NCBI GenBank assembly: GCA_964106645.2
Contig: OZ067051.1
DNA: 64,000 bases
Origin: Podarcis pityusensis
Lineage: Eukaryota
Strand: one strand, 5' to 3'
Part shown: one piece after another, positions 23,996 through 37,964 of the stretch
How the letters are laid out: the number at the start of each line of letters is the position of its first letter
How positions within the stretch are numbered: position 1 is the stretch's first letter
Translations under genes and position numbers: made by a program
Notes under the pieces: generated by a model
The model's input: only the letters and a program-made list of their open reading frames with translations
The model's database searches: none
Told to the model about the DNA's origin: nothing

Positions 23996-26900
23996 GTAGG
24001 CTCTGGTGTTTAAGAGAGCTTGGTCTCTGGTCCAGCCTTCCAGATGTTTTGGACTCCCATCAGCCTCGGCCAGCACAGGCTGGCAGAAGTTAGAGTCCAA
24101 AACATCTGTCATAATTGAGGAGCAAGAGCTTTATTATAGCCAGTAGGTGGTGGTAAAGTGTCCTCTTCTGTGCTTTGCAATGCCATTAACCTCCAGGAAG
24201 GAGAGCAAACTTTCTGGCTAGGCTGGTGCTTGTGGTTTGCAACACCTGGATGGTACCAGAGAATGGGGAAGTCAATGTCTCTGTGTGCTGTTGTGTTCTG
24301 TGCTTCTCTGTGTGGTAGGAAGGCCCAGGTGATGTCTTTGTCACAGTGATATTGACACACAAATGTGAGGATATTCCTGAGGGATGGAAACAGGCACCCA
24401 GGAAGTCATTGTCTGGATCACAGCCACTGCAGGCCAGATACCCCCAGATCTCTCCACCAGCTCTCCCACAAAAAACATTGGTGGGGGGTGGGGACAAAGA
24501 AAAATGCACAGCTCCTGGCTGGGAAGAAGGATTGCCCCCCCCCCCCATCTGCATTGGCTTCTAAATAGTTTGGGTCTCTGATCCTTAATGCCTCTGAGTG
24601 GTCTTGCTTCTCCTTCTCCTTATCTGCTGATAAGACCCTGCTCCACATTCCAGTAAAATGAAGCACAGTTAGTGGGGAGGTAAGACAGGGACTTTGAGTT
24701 TGTGGCACTTGGGAGGCTCACCTTCCTCCTGTGTGATCATATTTGGCTTTTCAGAGATTAATAAAGGCTCTTTTATTCAATCCACTCTTCAGTCCTCGCT
24801 GACTCTGCACCCAGAAATTAGTTACTACTTCTCTTTGTATACTGTTTTGGCTGCTGTGTTTTTATCTTTATAATATTACTTTATTGTACTGAAAATGTGA
24901 CCGAATGCTGTTTCGTGGACTTTGGGAAAAAATAAAAAATAATCATCCAGTGAATTTTGAAAATAAATAAACTCATCCTCTCCTCAGAGCTCCTGGTTCA
25001 CAAGATGCAGGGTGGCTAATCGCTGGACTACTCTTCAATCTCCATCTATAAAAGGAGACTTCCCAGTGAACCATTTCAAGGGTGCTCATGGTGGGAGGGC
25101 CTCCACTTTGGACTCCTACAGATTCCCTGGGCTCTTATGCACACCGTATTCCCCATAGACCATGGCGGATTACCTTTGCTATGGATTAGTTGAGGGAGAT
25201 TGGCCAGGAAGCAGATACAAAATGTTTGTTTGCTTAAATTGATATTTTAATGCCACTTTTGGCTCTGCAAAGAGTCCCTAAAGCAGCTTGCAGAAAAAGA
25301 CAAGTAAAAGCAATAAAATCAAACAAGGAAAATAAAACACTGACTTGTTATATGTCTAGACAACATTGCTCACTAAAACAGAGCAGCAAAAGGACTCAGT
25401 TTACTGGGCCAGATAACAGTAGTGCTGGCTGCAAAAGGACCACATAGGAACACAGGAAGCTGCCTTATAGCAAATCAGAACCATTGGGCCATTTTGATCA
25501 ATATTGGCTACACTGATTGGCAGCGGCTTCCCAGGATTTCAGGTAGGAGTTTCTTCCAACTCTAGCTAGAGATGCCCGTGGGGATTGAACCTAGAACCTT
25601 CTGCTTGCAAGGCAGATGCTGTACCACTGAGCTATGGCCCTTCCCCTTTTTACTATTCTTTTAGAGGTGGAGAAGAAGGGACCTTCCCAAGGGAGGGTAT
25701 ATTGGAGCCAAGAAGGCCCCACAGGTGTGCCAAGGCACTTTTGCCCACAGCACTGTCAGGCTGTGAACCTGAACTTTCGGAGGGAGGGAAGGGGTGCTGC
25801 TCTATCCAGAGCATGCTGACTGCCCATTCCTGGGTTAGGCTTCAACTGCCCCCAACATTTGCCTTGTCTGTAGGGAAAAGGTTCCAGTCCAACACAACCT
25901 CCAGATTCCAAGTGCCTCCTTGTCTTATGATGGAAAAAAGGATGGGGTGGGTGGAGATCTGAGTGGATGTCATCTACATACTGATGGTGATCCTGCTCTC
26001 CAGCTCCCCAGATGATCTCTTCCAGCAGCTTCAGGTTGATGTTAAAGCAACATGGGGGCGGGGGGGGGGGAGATGGGGGGAGATGAATTCCTGCAGAAGG
26101 AACCCTGGCTACTTACATTTGGCAGGCTCTGGTGTTTCCTGGATTCTCGCTAAAGAATCTCCAGGCTTCAGTTTGTTTCTTCATCCTTGCCCTTTCCTTG
26201 CAGTTGGAGGTTCACCCACACAAAAACCTCCCTCGCCTCTCAGATGGAAATCTTGCATTGATTTACGTCGTAGGACCTGCAGCGTTTCATGCTGCCTGTC
26301 ACCCAGGAGATTCCAAGCAGGGGAGCGGGGGAACCACCCTGCCGTTTCTTCATTGAGCTTAGGAAACACAAAGGCGTCACTTGGAGCTCATTAAGAGGCT
26401 GTAGTTTCTGGGCTGCTTGAGGGCCCCCTATACCTGCCCACACGGTTGGTGAGACCTAGTGCAGACTGCCACCTCTCCATGATGTGTGGGGAGGTGTCTG
26501 GGAGTGGGGAGCAAATAGGTCCCCTCTTATAGGTCCAGATGAAGGCTACAGCAGCCAACCCAATCCTGGAAACTTTTGGTACCCAGATGAAAGACTCGAT
26601 GAGGACAAGGCTATGACTCCTTTCTCATGAGAGAACCCCTGATACTGGGAGAACTCCTGGTACTGAATTGGGGCCCTCTCAACAGGGTGGGCACAGCCGT
26701 GAAACCATCCTTGGACTCAGAGGATGAGTTCCCTGTGCCAAATGTCTATCTTCTCAGCCTTGCAGAAATCAAAGATGGCAAAACCCGGTAGGGGACCAAG
26801 GTGGAACAAGCCACATTACAGACCTTGTCAGCCTACAGAAGACTTCCATTGGGTCTAGCTCCCTGTTGGAGGCAGCAGTGCTTCTGAATGCCAGTTGCTG

Positions 26901-28175
26901 GAAACCATAAGAGAGGAGAGTGCTATTGTGCTCAAATCCCACTTGCAGGTTTTCCACTGGGGCAGCTGGTTGGCTGCTGTGAGAATAGGATGCTGGACTA
27001 GATGGGCCAGGCTCTGCTTATGTTCTGACTAAGTAGGGGATCCTCAACTAGCAATGCTCATTTGGAGCTGTCCGAGGTCCTGATTTTATCTGCCTTCTGT
27101 GACAGAGCTTCTGACCAATCTTCACTGGCTTGATCTGATTTTGCATACTATGACTTGCATCCGGCTATTTTGGCCAGCCTCTGCCTGCCTTGCCTTGACT
27201 TCACCAGATACCATCTCCTTCCCCCATGTGCCTCAAGTTCCCATAGAACAGAATACCAGGCCAATGTGGCCTGCAGTTCAGGGAAGGGCATATAGAACCT
27301 TCTTTGCATGCAGAAAATCCCAGGTTCAATCCTCAGTGGCCGCTCTAGTTAAAAGGCCCAGGTAGTTAGGGATGGGAAGCCCTGCTGGACTCTCCAGAGA
27401 GCCACTGTCAGCGAGAGTCAACAATACTGGGCTTGAAAGGAGTATTAATGTGTTGTAATTGGTGTTTCAATCTGCTCTTATTTATGTATTGCGTTATCTG
27501 TAGCAAATGTTTCTGTGTATATACCCTTTGGTGCCAGTGCGTGACGGTGCTTAGAGACATATCAAAGCCTTTCCTGAGAGTGGGATTGGCATGCTAGGTA
27601 CAAGTGCAAACATAGAGTATATATACAATATTTACACTTCCAAAATCCAAGGCCCTGGGGGCAATCTGCCTGAGCTTTACGCACCGATCCAGAAGTGTTT
27701 CTGTTTCCACCAAGATTTATATAGGGTCTGGTTGTGGGTTTCCCAGCAGAGAAGGGAAGTGACCTCATGCATGCTCAGAGGCACTCTTTTGTTTCATAGG
27801 AACCCCCAGCCACTGGAACACATTCTGAATCCAAAATAGATTAATGCCCTGCAATTCTGTGTTTTAATAGGTACCTGTGTGCACATAGATATTAAATACA
27901 CCATATAATAATAAACAGAAGAGCAGTCAGTGAAGGGCACTATCTAATCTCAGGGAAATAATTGAAGCTTTATAAATACAGAAGGGACCGATAGATCTGT
28001 TCCAGCCCCTACAAAATGAGACTGATGAATCTCTTTGCAGAGCTGGGATGGGTGTGATGAAATCTTGCTGGGATCTTCCTTGCGCCAATTTGAAAGCTCC
28101 ATGCCGAATGGTCACCTAGTACTTCTCCCTGTTGCTTTGTGTGATCACCTTATGAAACTTCTTGTCTTTTATCAG

Positions 28176-28429
28176 GTCCAGAGCTTTTTACGAGGCTGGT
28201 TGTGCAGGAGGAAATGGAAGACCATCATCCAAGACTACATCCGCTCACCTCATGCGGACAGCATGCGGAAGAGGAACCAGGTGGTCTTCAGCATGCTGGA
28301 AGCTGAGGCAGAGTATGTTCAGCAGCTGCACATCCTGGTCAACAACTTCCTGCGCCCACTGAGGATGGCTGCCAGCTCCAAGAAGCCCCCTATCACCCAC
28401 GACGATGTCAGCAGCATCTTCTTGAACAG
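28176..28429 (+). CDS. RASGRF1: RasGRF1 exon 5 (IQ motif, start of DH)
   Basis: atcag|[15 protein letters not shown]...VSSIFLN|gtgag; 254 nt. Confidence 0.96.
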
Positions 28430-29842
28430 GTGAGTAGGGGCCACTTCTGGCTATATCTGGCTCAAGGAAAGCAACTTGGTATTCCAGGGTTTAAAACAAC
28501 AACAACAACAGAAGCTAATAGCCCCACAGTTATTTGTTTTGCTTGGGTGTGTTAGATTTATACCCTGCCTTTCAACTTTTCAAAAAGTCTGCTTGGTGGC
28601 TTATAACCAGATTTAGTGTGTTTTATTTTACTTTTGCAAGCGTAACAAAAAAGGGCTTTGGGGAGCCTGTTGCTAAAAACTCTAGGACAACAAAAACGGT
28701 TTCTTATTTAAGAGCTGGAAACCAGCCAGTGAGAGGCTATTGAACCATGAAATGCAGGAAGCTGAATTAATTCTTTGTGTCTGACTTCACCACAGAAAAT
28801 GTAGAGGAGATTCTTCTAGCAGAACTGATTCCCCCCACCCCCCACCGGTCAGGGAGGGAGGCTGAAAAATTGAGTCAAGTAGAGGTGACAGGATGAAGTT
28901 CTGGGTCTTGCCAGCAAATTAGCAAGTAACAAATCACCAGGGTGATCTAGTAGACATAATATGCTTGGACACATGAAAGGCTTTAAAAAATGGCAGGAGC
29001 AGAGAATGTGTCTCTGGTCCTCAAGAATTTTCCGGACTACAACTCTCATCATCATCATCTTTGTCCATTGACCATGGTGGCTTCTGGGACTGCTTGAATT
29101 TGGAGTCTAACAACATTTGGAGGACCACAGACGTAAAAAATAAATAAAATGTATTTATTTAACCATTTATATCCCACCTTTCTTCCAAAGAGCTCAAGGT
29201 GGCATAAATGGCTCTCTTCCTCCCCATTTTGTCCCCACAACAACGTTGTGAGGTAGTTTAGGCGGGCTGAGTGCAGATTCGAAGCCTAGACTCCCAGGTC
29301 CTAGTCCAACCCTCCAACCACTACACCATTCCTGGCTCTCATGTTTCCCCCCACCCCATGTCATAAGTTATGCAAGCACTGGACAGTGTGTGCACAGTCA
29401 GGCAAGGGGGATGTCCCAAGTGCAGGATCCTTCGCCACCTTCCAGCAGTGACTTGCAAGGAACCTGCCGGCCACCCAAGTTGTTCATGCAGCAACTGCCG
29501 CATTTCTGGTTGAATGCAGCCCCCTCTAAAGGTGCATCTGGAAAGAAAGTGCAGGTGTGTCAGTCAGGACTTGGGTGTGTGCTAGATATGCTCTCTCTAA
29601 CACACACACACACACACACACACCACTTTCTAAAAATACTTCCTACAGGGTGGGCTTTGTTTCCACAGAAGGAGGGCACAGGCCAAATTAGCTTCCAACT
29701 CTGGTGAATTAGAACAAATGGAGCCCTGGGCTAAATTCTGCCAGGACTGAGCTCTCGCTGCACCCCAAATCCAGGCACCAGCAGCTCCTGTTTTTGCTCA
29801 CAGCTGAAATCGCCTGGCCTGTTGCTCAGCACTCCCCCTCCC

Positions 29843-30042
29843 NNNNNNNNNNNNNNNNNNNNNNNNNNNNNNNNNNNNNNNNNNNNNNNNNNNNNNNNNN
29901 NNNNNNNNNNNNNNNNNNNNNNNNNNNNNNNNNNNNNNNNNNNNNNNNNNNNNNNNNNNNNNNNNNNNNNNNNNNNNNNNNNNNNNNNNNNNNNNNNNNN
30001 NNNNNNNNNNNNNNNNNNNNNNNNNNNNNNNNNNNNNNNNNN
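29843..30042. other. Assembly gap (200 N)
   Basis: N run. Confidence 1.
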
Positions 30043-30232
30043 CTTGGAGCACATTCTTTTCCTCAAAGAATTGTGGGCCCTGTAGTTTACCCCACACCGC
30101 TTTTTAATTTCCAGCAACCCTTAACAAAATATAGCTCCCAGAAATCTTTGAGATGGGGAAAATGTGCTTCAGATCATGGGACCTGTAGTTTTAAGGGTGC
30201 TGAGAATTGCAGCTCTGTTAGGAGAAATGACA

Positions 30233-30586
30233 GGGATGCGGGTGGTTCTGTGGGTTAAACCACAGAGCCTAGGACTTGTCGATCAGAAGGTGGTTCGAAT
30301 CCCTGCAACGGGGTGAGCTCCTGTTGCTCAGTCCCAGCTCCTGCCAACCTAGCAGTTTGAAAGCACGTCAAAGTGCAAGTAGATAAATAGGTACCGCTCC
30401 GGTGGGAAGGTAAATGGCGTTTCCGTGCGCTGCTCTGGTTCGCCAGAATCAGCTTAGTCATGCTGGCCACATGACCCAGAAGCTGTACGCCGGCTCCCAC
30501 GACCAATAAAGCAAGATGAGCGCCGCAACCCCAGAGTCAGCCACGACTGGACCTAATGGTCAGGGGTCCCTTTACCTTTACTTTTA
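30233..30586 (+). mobile_element. Sauria SINE, full length
   Basis: GGGATGCGGGTGG head to (ACCTTT)n tail; TSD AGGAGAAATGACA (30220-30232 / 30587-30599). Confidence 0.93.
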
Positions 30587-31614
30587 AGGAGAAATGACAG
30601 TTCGTATGATTATTGGTGGGTGAGTGTGCATTAAACATACAGTATAGTTTGGATGCAGGGCGAGTATCTGTGAGCTACCTTCCTCACTGGATAAGTGCTT
30701 GAACATCTGCCATGGATGGCATCACCAGAAATGCAACAGAGCAGTTTGTTCTTGCCACCTTCCCACAAGGCAGGATAATTGCTTGGCTGGTATCCATACT
30801 TCCACGTGTCCTGCAGATCGACAGCAGTCTGCCCATCCTAGTCCCTCTGTGGCTGAAGAATCCCTTCCTCTCTCCCAGGAGTGCAGGGATCAGTAGTGGG
30901 AATGAATGGGCAGCACAAGTGATGCTTCAGTTTGAAGGAAGAGGGCAATGTTTACTTTGAGCTGCTGTTGAAATATTTTACTGGCTGCCAGATTCTTCTG
31001 CTGACAGTCAGGGGCTGGTGAGAACCAGTATCAGATGAAAGGCATTATTGGTTATCTCTTCCCACCTGCCCTCCTTTTTTGTATGAAGACACCTGTGCCC
31101 AGACAAAGCACATGGAAACATGTGCACAGGTGTTCTGAGCTGTGTGCAGCAAGACCAGGCTTGTCCGAATGGAAGGAGGCCAGCAGCGCCCAGTTGAGCA
31201 GGTTTGCTGAAGAAGATACAAACATATGTTGTGACTACCATGTTAAGTTCTGGCCACCTCACCTTGAAAAGGATATTGTAGAGTTGGGAAAGGTTCAGAA
31301 AGGGGCAGTCTAACTGATCAGGGAGGTTTCTACGAAGAAAGGTTGTGGCATTTGAAATTTTTTAGTTTAGAGAAAAGGGGAGTAAGAAGCAACATGATAG
31401 AAGTTTATAAAATTATGCCTAACATGAAGAAAGTAGATAGAGATAGGTTTTCCTCCCTCTCTCATAATACTAGGAGTCCTGTGTTTGCAGAGAATAAAAG
31501 GTTCATTCTTAAGAACCGAGCACTCACTCCTCGTACTTTTTGAACCCTGGGAGCACCAGGAGGATGCCTAACACAATTGCTCCCCCATCTGATTCATTTT
31601 CTTTTCTCTTTCAG

Positions 31615-31694
31615 TGAGACGATCATGTTTTTACACCAGATCTTTTACCAGGGCCTGAAAGCACGCATCTCCAGCTGGCCAACCTTGGTGCTAG
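31615..31694 (+). CDS. RASGRF1: RasGRF1 exon 6 (DH)
   Basis: ETIMFLHQIFYQGLKARISSWPTLVL; 80 nt, AG/GT. Confidence 0.96.
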
Positions 31695-31962
31695 GTGAGT
31701 GTTACTCTTTGATCTTTGTTCTCTTCCTGGTACAACAGGAGGACAAGTGTCAACCACAACAAAATGTTGCCGCGCAGAGTTGCTCCTATTCAGCCACGAC
31801 CTCTCCTCGGATGCTGCATTCCATGCCCTCATTCCCTGTTTTTCCGTACCCCTACAACAACCAGCCCATATCCTGTGCCCACTAGGCTCCAGGATAGAGT
31901 CAACAGGGGCTGGCTGCATCTCCTACACCCTCCTCTTCTCACTGTCGCCTCTTTGCTCACAG

Positions 31963-32156
31963 CTGACCTCTTTGACATCCTGTTGCCGATGCTCAACATC
32001 TACCAGGAGTTTGTCCGGAACCACCAGTACAGCCTGCAGATCCTGGCTCACTGCAAGCAGAACAGGGATTTCGACAAGCTGCTGAAGCACTATGAGGCCA
32101 AGCCAGACTGCGAGGAGCGGACGCTGGAAACTTTCCTGACATACCCCATGTTCCAG
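31963..32156 (+). CDS. RASGRF1: RasGRF1 exon 7 (DH)
   Basis: [25 protein letters not shown]...LTYPMFQ; 194 nt. Confidence 0.96.
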
Positions 32157-32579
32157 GTGTGGGAGGAAGCAGCAGGTGTCTGTCACAAGGGGGTGCCCAA
32201 GACAGCCTCTCTCTCCTTGCCCAAGTGCAAGGAGAAATTCCAGTGTAGATCCCTGGTGCCAGGGATGCCACCCCCAACACAAAAAAGAGGCCTGAGTGAA
32301 CAAGAGCCACCTTGCCTCACCTGGTGCTCTCCGGACATTTTGGACCAATGCCAATGCCATTTTGGACGTTCTGCCAGTGGCCATACTGAGCTTCCCCCAC
32401 TTATTCTCAACAGCTATGGGGATTCTAGGGCAGCTCCCAAAAAAAATGCATAAACCAAATAGCTTGGATGGAAGATCCCCAGAATTTCTTCCTGCTGCTT
32501 CCAGGTCTTACCTGTGGACTTTTCTGCATTGCATGGAATTGTTCTTCCCCCCTGTCTCACCTGTCTCTTCTTCGCCCAG

Positions 32580-32689
32580 ATCCCCAGGTACATCTTGACG
32601 CTGCACGAGCTCCTGGCTCACACGCCCCACGAGCATGTGGAGAGGAACAGCCTGGACTACGCCAAGTCCAAGTTGGAGGAGCTCTCCAG
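32580..32689 (+). CDS. RASGRF1: RasGRF1 exon 8 (DH)
   Basis: [36 protein letters not shown]; 110 nt. Confidence 0.96.
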
Positions 32690-33986
32690 GTGGGGAGATT
32701 TGGGAGTTCAGGCTGTAGGGTGGAGGGTGTGGTGTGTTGAATTTTGGGCTCAAATTTTGCCATGAGGTTCTGGTTCTGGAAGGCGAGAATGTAGCCGGGT
32801 GCTACGTGACTGTATGTGCACCCCCGAATACTCGCCGCCATCCACGGAGAGAGCTCCCCACAGCACGCTTAGCTCAGCGCCTTAATGAATGCTGAACTTC
32901 TCACATTTTTGTATAATTATCACATTGGGGAAAATAAGCCTCCATCTGTACTCCAGCAGAGACACCGTGTTCAGGATGTGTGAAGGGCAGGATGACAAGG
33001 CAGCATATGCTATTTTAGAAAATGCTGAGAAGGGAAAACACACATCCCCGAGGAGAAGTTTCAAGCTTGCTTGAGAAACTTCAAAGGCGTGTTGGTCTCG
33101 GAGAGACTCCCCGTCTTCGGTTAGACCCAGGACACTTCCACTGGCCAAGGCTTGGCCACATGGGCCAGCTGGTGGGAAAGGGGCTCTTGTTGGGTCAGGC
33201 AGAGGAATCATAGAATCATAGAACTGTAGAGCTGGAAGGGATCCAAAGGTCTAGTCCAGCCCAGTACAATGGGGGGTGGGGAGGTGTGAGCATCCTGCCA
33301 TCTCCTCCCTCCAGCTTAAGTGATGGGGGCCAGCTCTACCATTAGGCAGAGGGAGAGAGCTGCCTCAGGTGGCAGGTGCTGGGAATGTGGGGACTGGCTG
33401 AGAGGCCTTAGAATCATAGAACCAGAGAGTCATAGACTTGGAAGGGACCCGAAGATCCATCTAGTCTAACCGCCTGCAACGCAGGAACCCTTGGTAACCC
33501 ACATAGGCTGCCTGCCATCCTCTACTAAGCTGCCCTCAGGGGCACTGGAGGGTGTTGTCATGTCACCCATCTTGAAATAAGATTCAGCTTATAGAATCCA
33601 GTCCAATGAACTTCTGTCCATGGAATGGGAGGGGCGCCATTTTGTCCTTCACCTCAGGCAGATGAATGGCTGAAGAATGGTCCAGCGAGTGACCTCCCCT
33701 CTTCCCGAATGGCCTTTCTGTTCTCCTTGGGGTGGAGAGAAGGCACAGAGAACAGCCGCCTCCCCTGAAAACCAGCTTTTCTGTCAACCCTTCACCACAA
33801 ATGGCTTAAACTGGTGGAATGCTTGCTACACTTGGAACTATGCTGAATGCTAACTCTGTGCCAGGAGCTGTTATCCCCCCCCACCATCTATGGGTCCATT
33901 TTCTGGACTAGGGGTGGGGAAATAATATCAGCTGTAGCCGTCCCAATGCAGTTGGCGTTTTGCTGACCTTTTTCCTCTTCCCATAG

Positions 33987-34105
33987 GATAATGCACGATG
34001 AAGTGAGCGAGACAGAAAACATTCGGAAGAACTTGGCAATTGAAAGGATGATAATCGAGGGGTGTGAAATCTTGCTGGATACCAGCCAGACATTTGTCAG
34101 ACAAG
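33987..34105 (+). CDS. RASGRF1: RasGRF1 exon 9
   Basis: [39 protein letters not shown]; 119 nt. Confidence 0.96.
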
Positions 34106-34619
34106 GTAGCTTCCCTGCAGAGGAGAGACAGAGTGGCCTTTTCTAGCCTCTCAGCACAGCACCATTTCCAGGCCATTGCTACCCAGTCACCCCTTTGGTC
34201 GGGGCAGACCATGATGGTGCCCTCCAGATGCCGTTGAACTCCAACTCCCATCATTCCCCTGAGCACTGGCTGTGTTAGAAATCATTTGTAGAGTTGGAAG
34301 GGACCCCAAGGGCCACATAGCCCAACACCTTGCAATGCAGGAATCATAGCTAAATAATCCATGACAGGTGGCCACCCAAACCCTGCTGAAAAGCCTCCAC
34401 TGAAGGAGAGTCCACCAACTTCTCAGGTGGTCATTCCATTGCAAAACAGCTCTTGCCATCAAAAAAGATATTTAATGATAGCTATCATACCACCTTTCAA
34501 GTCTCCTCTTCTCCAGGCTAAACATACCCAGCTCTCTCAACCATTCCTCATAAGGCTTGGTTTCCAGACCCTTGGTCATCATATTCACCCTCCCCTGCAC
34601 ACATTCCAGCTTTTCAATA

Positions 34620-34860
34620 CAGTGGTACCTCAGTTTATGAACTTAATCCGTTCCGGAAGTCAGTTCTTAAACCAAAACCGTTCTTACACCGAGGCGTGCT
34701 TTCTCTAATGAGGCCTCCCACCACCAGTGCCCTTCCACCATTCGGATTCCATTCTTAGACCGAGGTAAAGTTCTCAAACCGGGACACTATTTCTGGTTTT
34801 GCAGAGTTGGTAAACCAAATTGTTCTTAAACCGGACTGTTCTTAAACCGAGGTACCACTG
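34620..34860. mobile_element. Tc1/pogo-type MITE (variant subfamily) inside a CR1 fragment
   Basis: CAGTGGTACCTC...GAGGTACCACTG, TA-flanked. Confidence 0.85.
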
Positions 34861-35182
34861 TATCCTCCTTGAATTGTGATGCCCAGAATGGGACACAAGA
34901 CTTCTGTGGACGCAGCCTAGAATTGCATTAGCTTGGGGGGGGGGGGTTGCTAATTAGATGTTGTCTGGGACTGATGGGATTCCTAGAGCACTACAGGTTG
35001 GCTCCCCCTACTCTTGAGGAGCCCTCCTCTTCTGTTGGGGAGTGAGAGGGGACGATCCAGTCCAGGGGCAAGCTAATGACTCTTGCCTGCTGCCCCAGCC
35101 TGTCTCCTGACAGTGGTGCCTGGGAAGGAAGAATGGCATGTGCCCAGCCCCTGTGACCTAGTGTTTTTCCTCCTCCTCCAAG

Positions 35183-35343
35183 GTTCCCTCATCCAAGTGC
35201 CGATGTCCGAGAAGGGGAAGATCACGCGGGGTCGCCTGGGCTCCCTTTCCCTGCGGAAGGAGGGCGAGAGGCAGTGCTTCCTCTTCTCCAAGCACCTGAT
35301 CATTTGCACCAGAGGCTCAGGTGGGAAGCTGCACTTGACCAAG
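35183..35343 (+). CDS. RASGRF1: RasGRF1 exon 10 (PH2)
   Basis: [53 protein letters not shown]; 161 nt. Confidence 0.96.
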
Positions 35344-37478
35344 GTGAGTGGATGGGAGCAGGTGGCACCTGGCCTTGCAGTGGAGGGCAGTGGGTTTCCA
35401 GATACCCCACCCTCTGCCCTCGGAAACCCTCTAAGAAGTTGCTGCAGGAGAGGGACTGTGAGCAACATCGTGGGAGGGATGAAACTAGGACCAAGGTGAA
35501 ACTGTCAGGCTCCCTTGTTATTTTTGCTATTGAGTGCTGGGTGTTGTTTGCGTAATCTTGTTCTTTTTATAGTATTGCCATGTTGCTTTTTATATGTTAT
35601 TATATTTGCCATTGTGTTGTTTTGCTCTGTTATTATGACATTATTATTTTTTTGCAATGTTTACTTTTGAAATGCCTTTCTGTTTTCCTTGTCATAAAAT
35701 GAGTGGCTGGCAGGTGGGAAAGGGATCCATTTCCCACTCTTTGAAGAAGCTCCAGGCTCCCGTCACTCCCCTGAAAACTCCTCTTGTAGGCCACGCATGT
35801 CCCGGGAAAGAGACTTCCACAACTCTTTCAGAACATCTCCAGCCACAGCTTTTTTTACACTGTTGGTTTCTACCTTGTGAAGGAAAGCTGAGTGTGGAGT
35901 TCCTTGGCTCTGTGGACCCAGGAAGGGGGCCTGAGTTGGACCGCGACACCCTTTCGATCACCTTTGTGAATGAACAGTTTATATCCAAAAATCCCAGGCT
36001 GCATGTCACACATACATTTGAATCCCATTATTTTCCTCAAAGGATCCTAGAAAGTGTAGTTTACCCATTGCAGAGTGACAGTTCCCAGGACCTTGAACAA
36101 AGTACAGTTCCCAGGATCCTTTGGGGGGGGAATAATGGGCTTTAACTGTATAGTGTTGGCATAGCCCCAGTCAGAAACCGCATGTCAACCCCCCACCCCA
36201 GTACAGCTTTAGAAACATTCAGTGGGTGGAGTAATGGAAACCATACATGGGGCATGAGAGGCATTTCTGGTCCAGAGTGGAGAGCTGTGCCTGAGAAAAA
36301 CTTGCAATAAACCAGGTAAGGACTCTGCAAATTGGAAAGGGTGAAATCTGGCTTGGCCAAGACACCTACTAAAGAGCTTGTGCAAATTGTTCATGTCCCT
36401 GGCAGGTGAAATCAAAGGGTAGGTGCTGCCATACTAAAAGAGGTATAAGGGAGTCATTGGAGCACCCCACAATAGCCTAAACTTGGCTCCCATAGGTTCA
36501 GGTCAGAGGTCACAAGCAAGAGACTTCAGCCAGGAGATAGAAGCAAAACAGCGCCCAGTAGGCCTGATCTTTATTGTTGCAACAAGACTTCAAACTACCA
36601 CACAGAAGCAGCAGAGAGAAGCCCCGAACAATGGTTACATCAGTACTTTAAAGTTTCCCAAAGTTTCCCATAATACATTTCCAGAAGCATCATCAAGACA
36701 TCATAGATATGTCACAGAGATCCAGGCATGCCCCTGTCACTCAAATATAATCTTTCACATGTACTCCATCGCAGTACAAATGAAAGCATTTACAGTTCTC
36801 TGGTCCCTAAGTCAAGTCAAATACACCTCTTTGTCTTGTCCGGGCTTCAGCCCTGACTATCACTATTGTGATTGAGATGCTTATCTGTCTGACACTTTTG
36901 GGGCAGGATATCACAGGTTATGAAGATGCCTTGGGAAGGCCCTGCAGATATGACTGTACATCTCAGAGATTATTGTGGGCTCACTCACCCCTCCCCTTAC
37001 ACCTCACTTCCCTGGGTCCTAAATGCCATTGGAACTAAGAAGATTGATACAACGGTGTGATTTCTTAGGAATTTCTAAAGTTTTCCCATTGAGCCAGTAC
37101 ATAGATATATTTATCAGTGATTTGGTAATGTGCAGCAGAGGCTCTTTGTCATTGCCTTGTAGTGTAGTGCCAATTCCGCTGATCAAAGGGTGTCTATGGG
37201 GCAAGACAACCTTGTAGGTAAACTGGTCCCAAGTTGCTAAGGGCTTTATATACTAATAGAAACACCTTGAACTTGGTCTGGCGTTTGACTTGACACCCTC
37301 ACTGATGTAGCCAGTAAGTTATAACATCCAAACCTAGAGAGGCAGGTCTCACTAGGCACCACCACCTCCTGCCCCTCCTCTGCCTCCCCAGGTGGAAGGA
37401 AAGACCTGCAAGAGAAACAGGGTGGTAAGAACTTCCCGCTCGAGCGGCCCCCTCCTCATACTTCTTTCTTTATTCCAG

Positions 37479-37542
37479 AATGGTGTGATCTCCCTCATTG
37501 ACTGCACCCTGGTGGAAGACACAGAGAGCACAGATGAGGACA
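37479..37542 (+). CDS. RASGRF1: RasGRF1 exon 11 (PH2)
   Basis: NGVISLIDCTLVEDTESTDED|gtaagt; 64 nt. Confidence 0.95.
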
Positions 37543-37724
37543 GTAAGTACTACTCAGACCTTAGGCAAAGTCTACAAACCAGAGTGAGCCTCCTTCCTTG
37601 CCCCCTGCAAACTTTGGCCCACCCACACGACACATTTAAAGCAGTACCACACCACTTTAGACAGTCATGGCTTCCCCTAAAGAATCCCGGAAACTGTAGT
37701 TTAGTAAGGGTGCTGAAAGTTATT

Positions 37725-37964
37725 TGTTGTTGTTGTTTAGTTGTTTAGTCGTGTCCGACTCTTCATGACCCCATGGACCAGAGCACGCCAGGCACTCCTG
37801 TCTTCCACTGCCTCCCACAGTTTGGTCAAACTCATGTTAGTGGCTTTGAGAACACTGTCCAACCATCTCGTCCTCTGTCGTCCCCTTCTTCTTGTGCCCT
37901 CCATATTTCCCAGCATCAGGGTCTTTTCCAGGGAGTCTTCTCTTCTCCAGGGAGTCTTCTCTTC
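37725..37964 (-). mobile_element. BovB (RTE) LINE 3' end
   Basis: (CAA)n tail, TTTAGTCGTGTCCGACTCTT...CAACCATCTCGTCCTCTGTCGTCCCCTTCT, TSD AGTTATT (37718-37724 / 37965-37971). Confidence 0.9.

Noticed and set aside
32960-33074. Alternative terminal or poison exon in intron 8 (RDTVFRMCEG...KLA*)
   Set aside because: The CAGCAG acceptor is in phase, but the pyrimidine tract is weak and there is no donor or poly(A) support.
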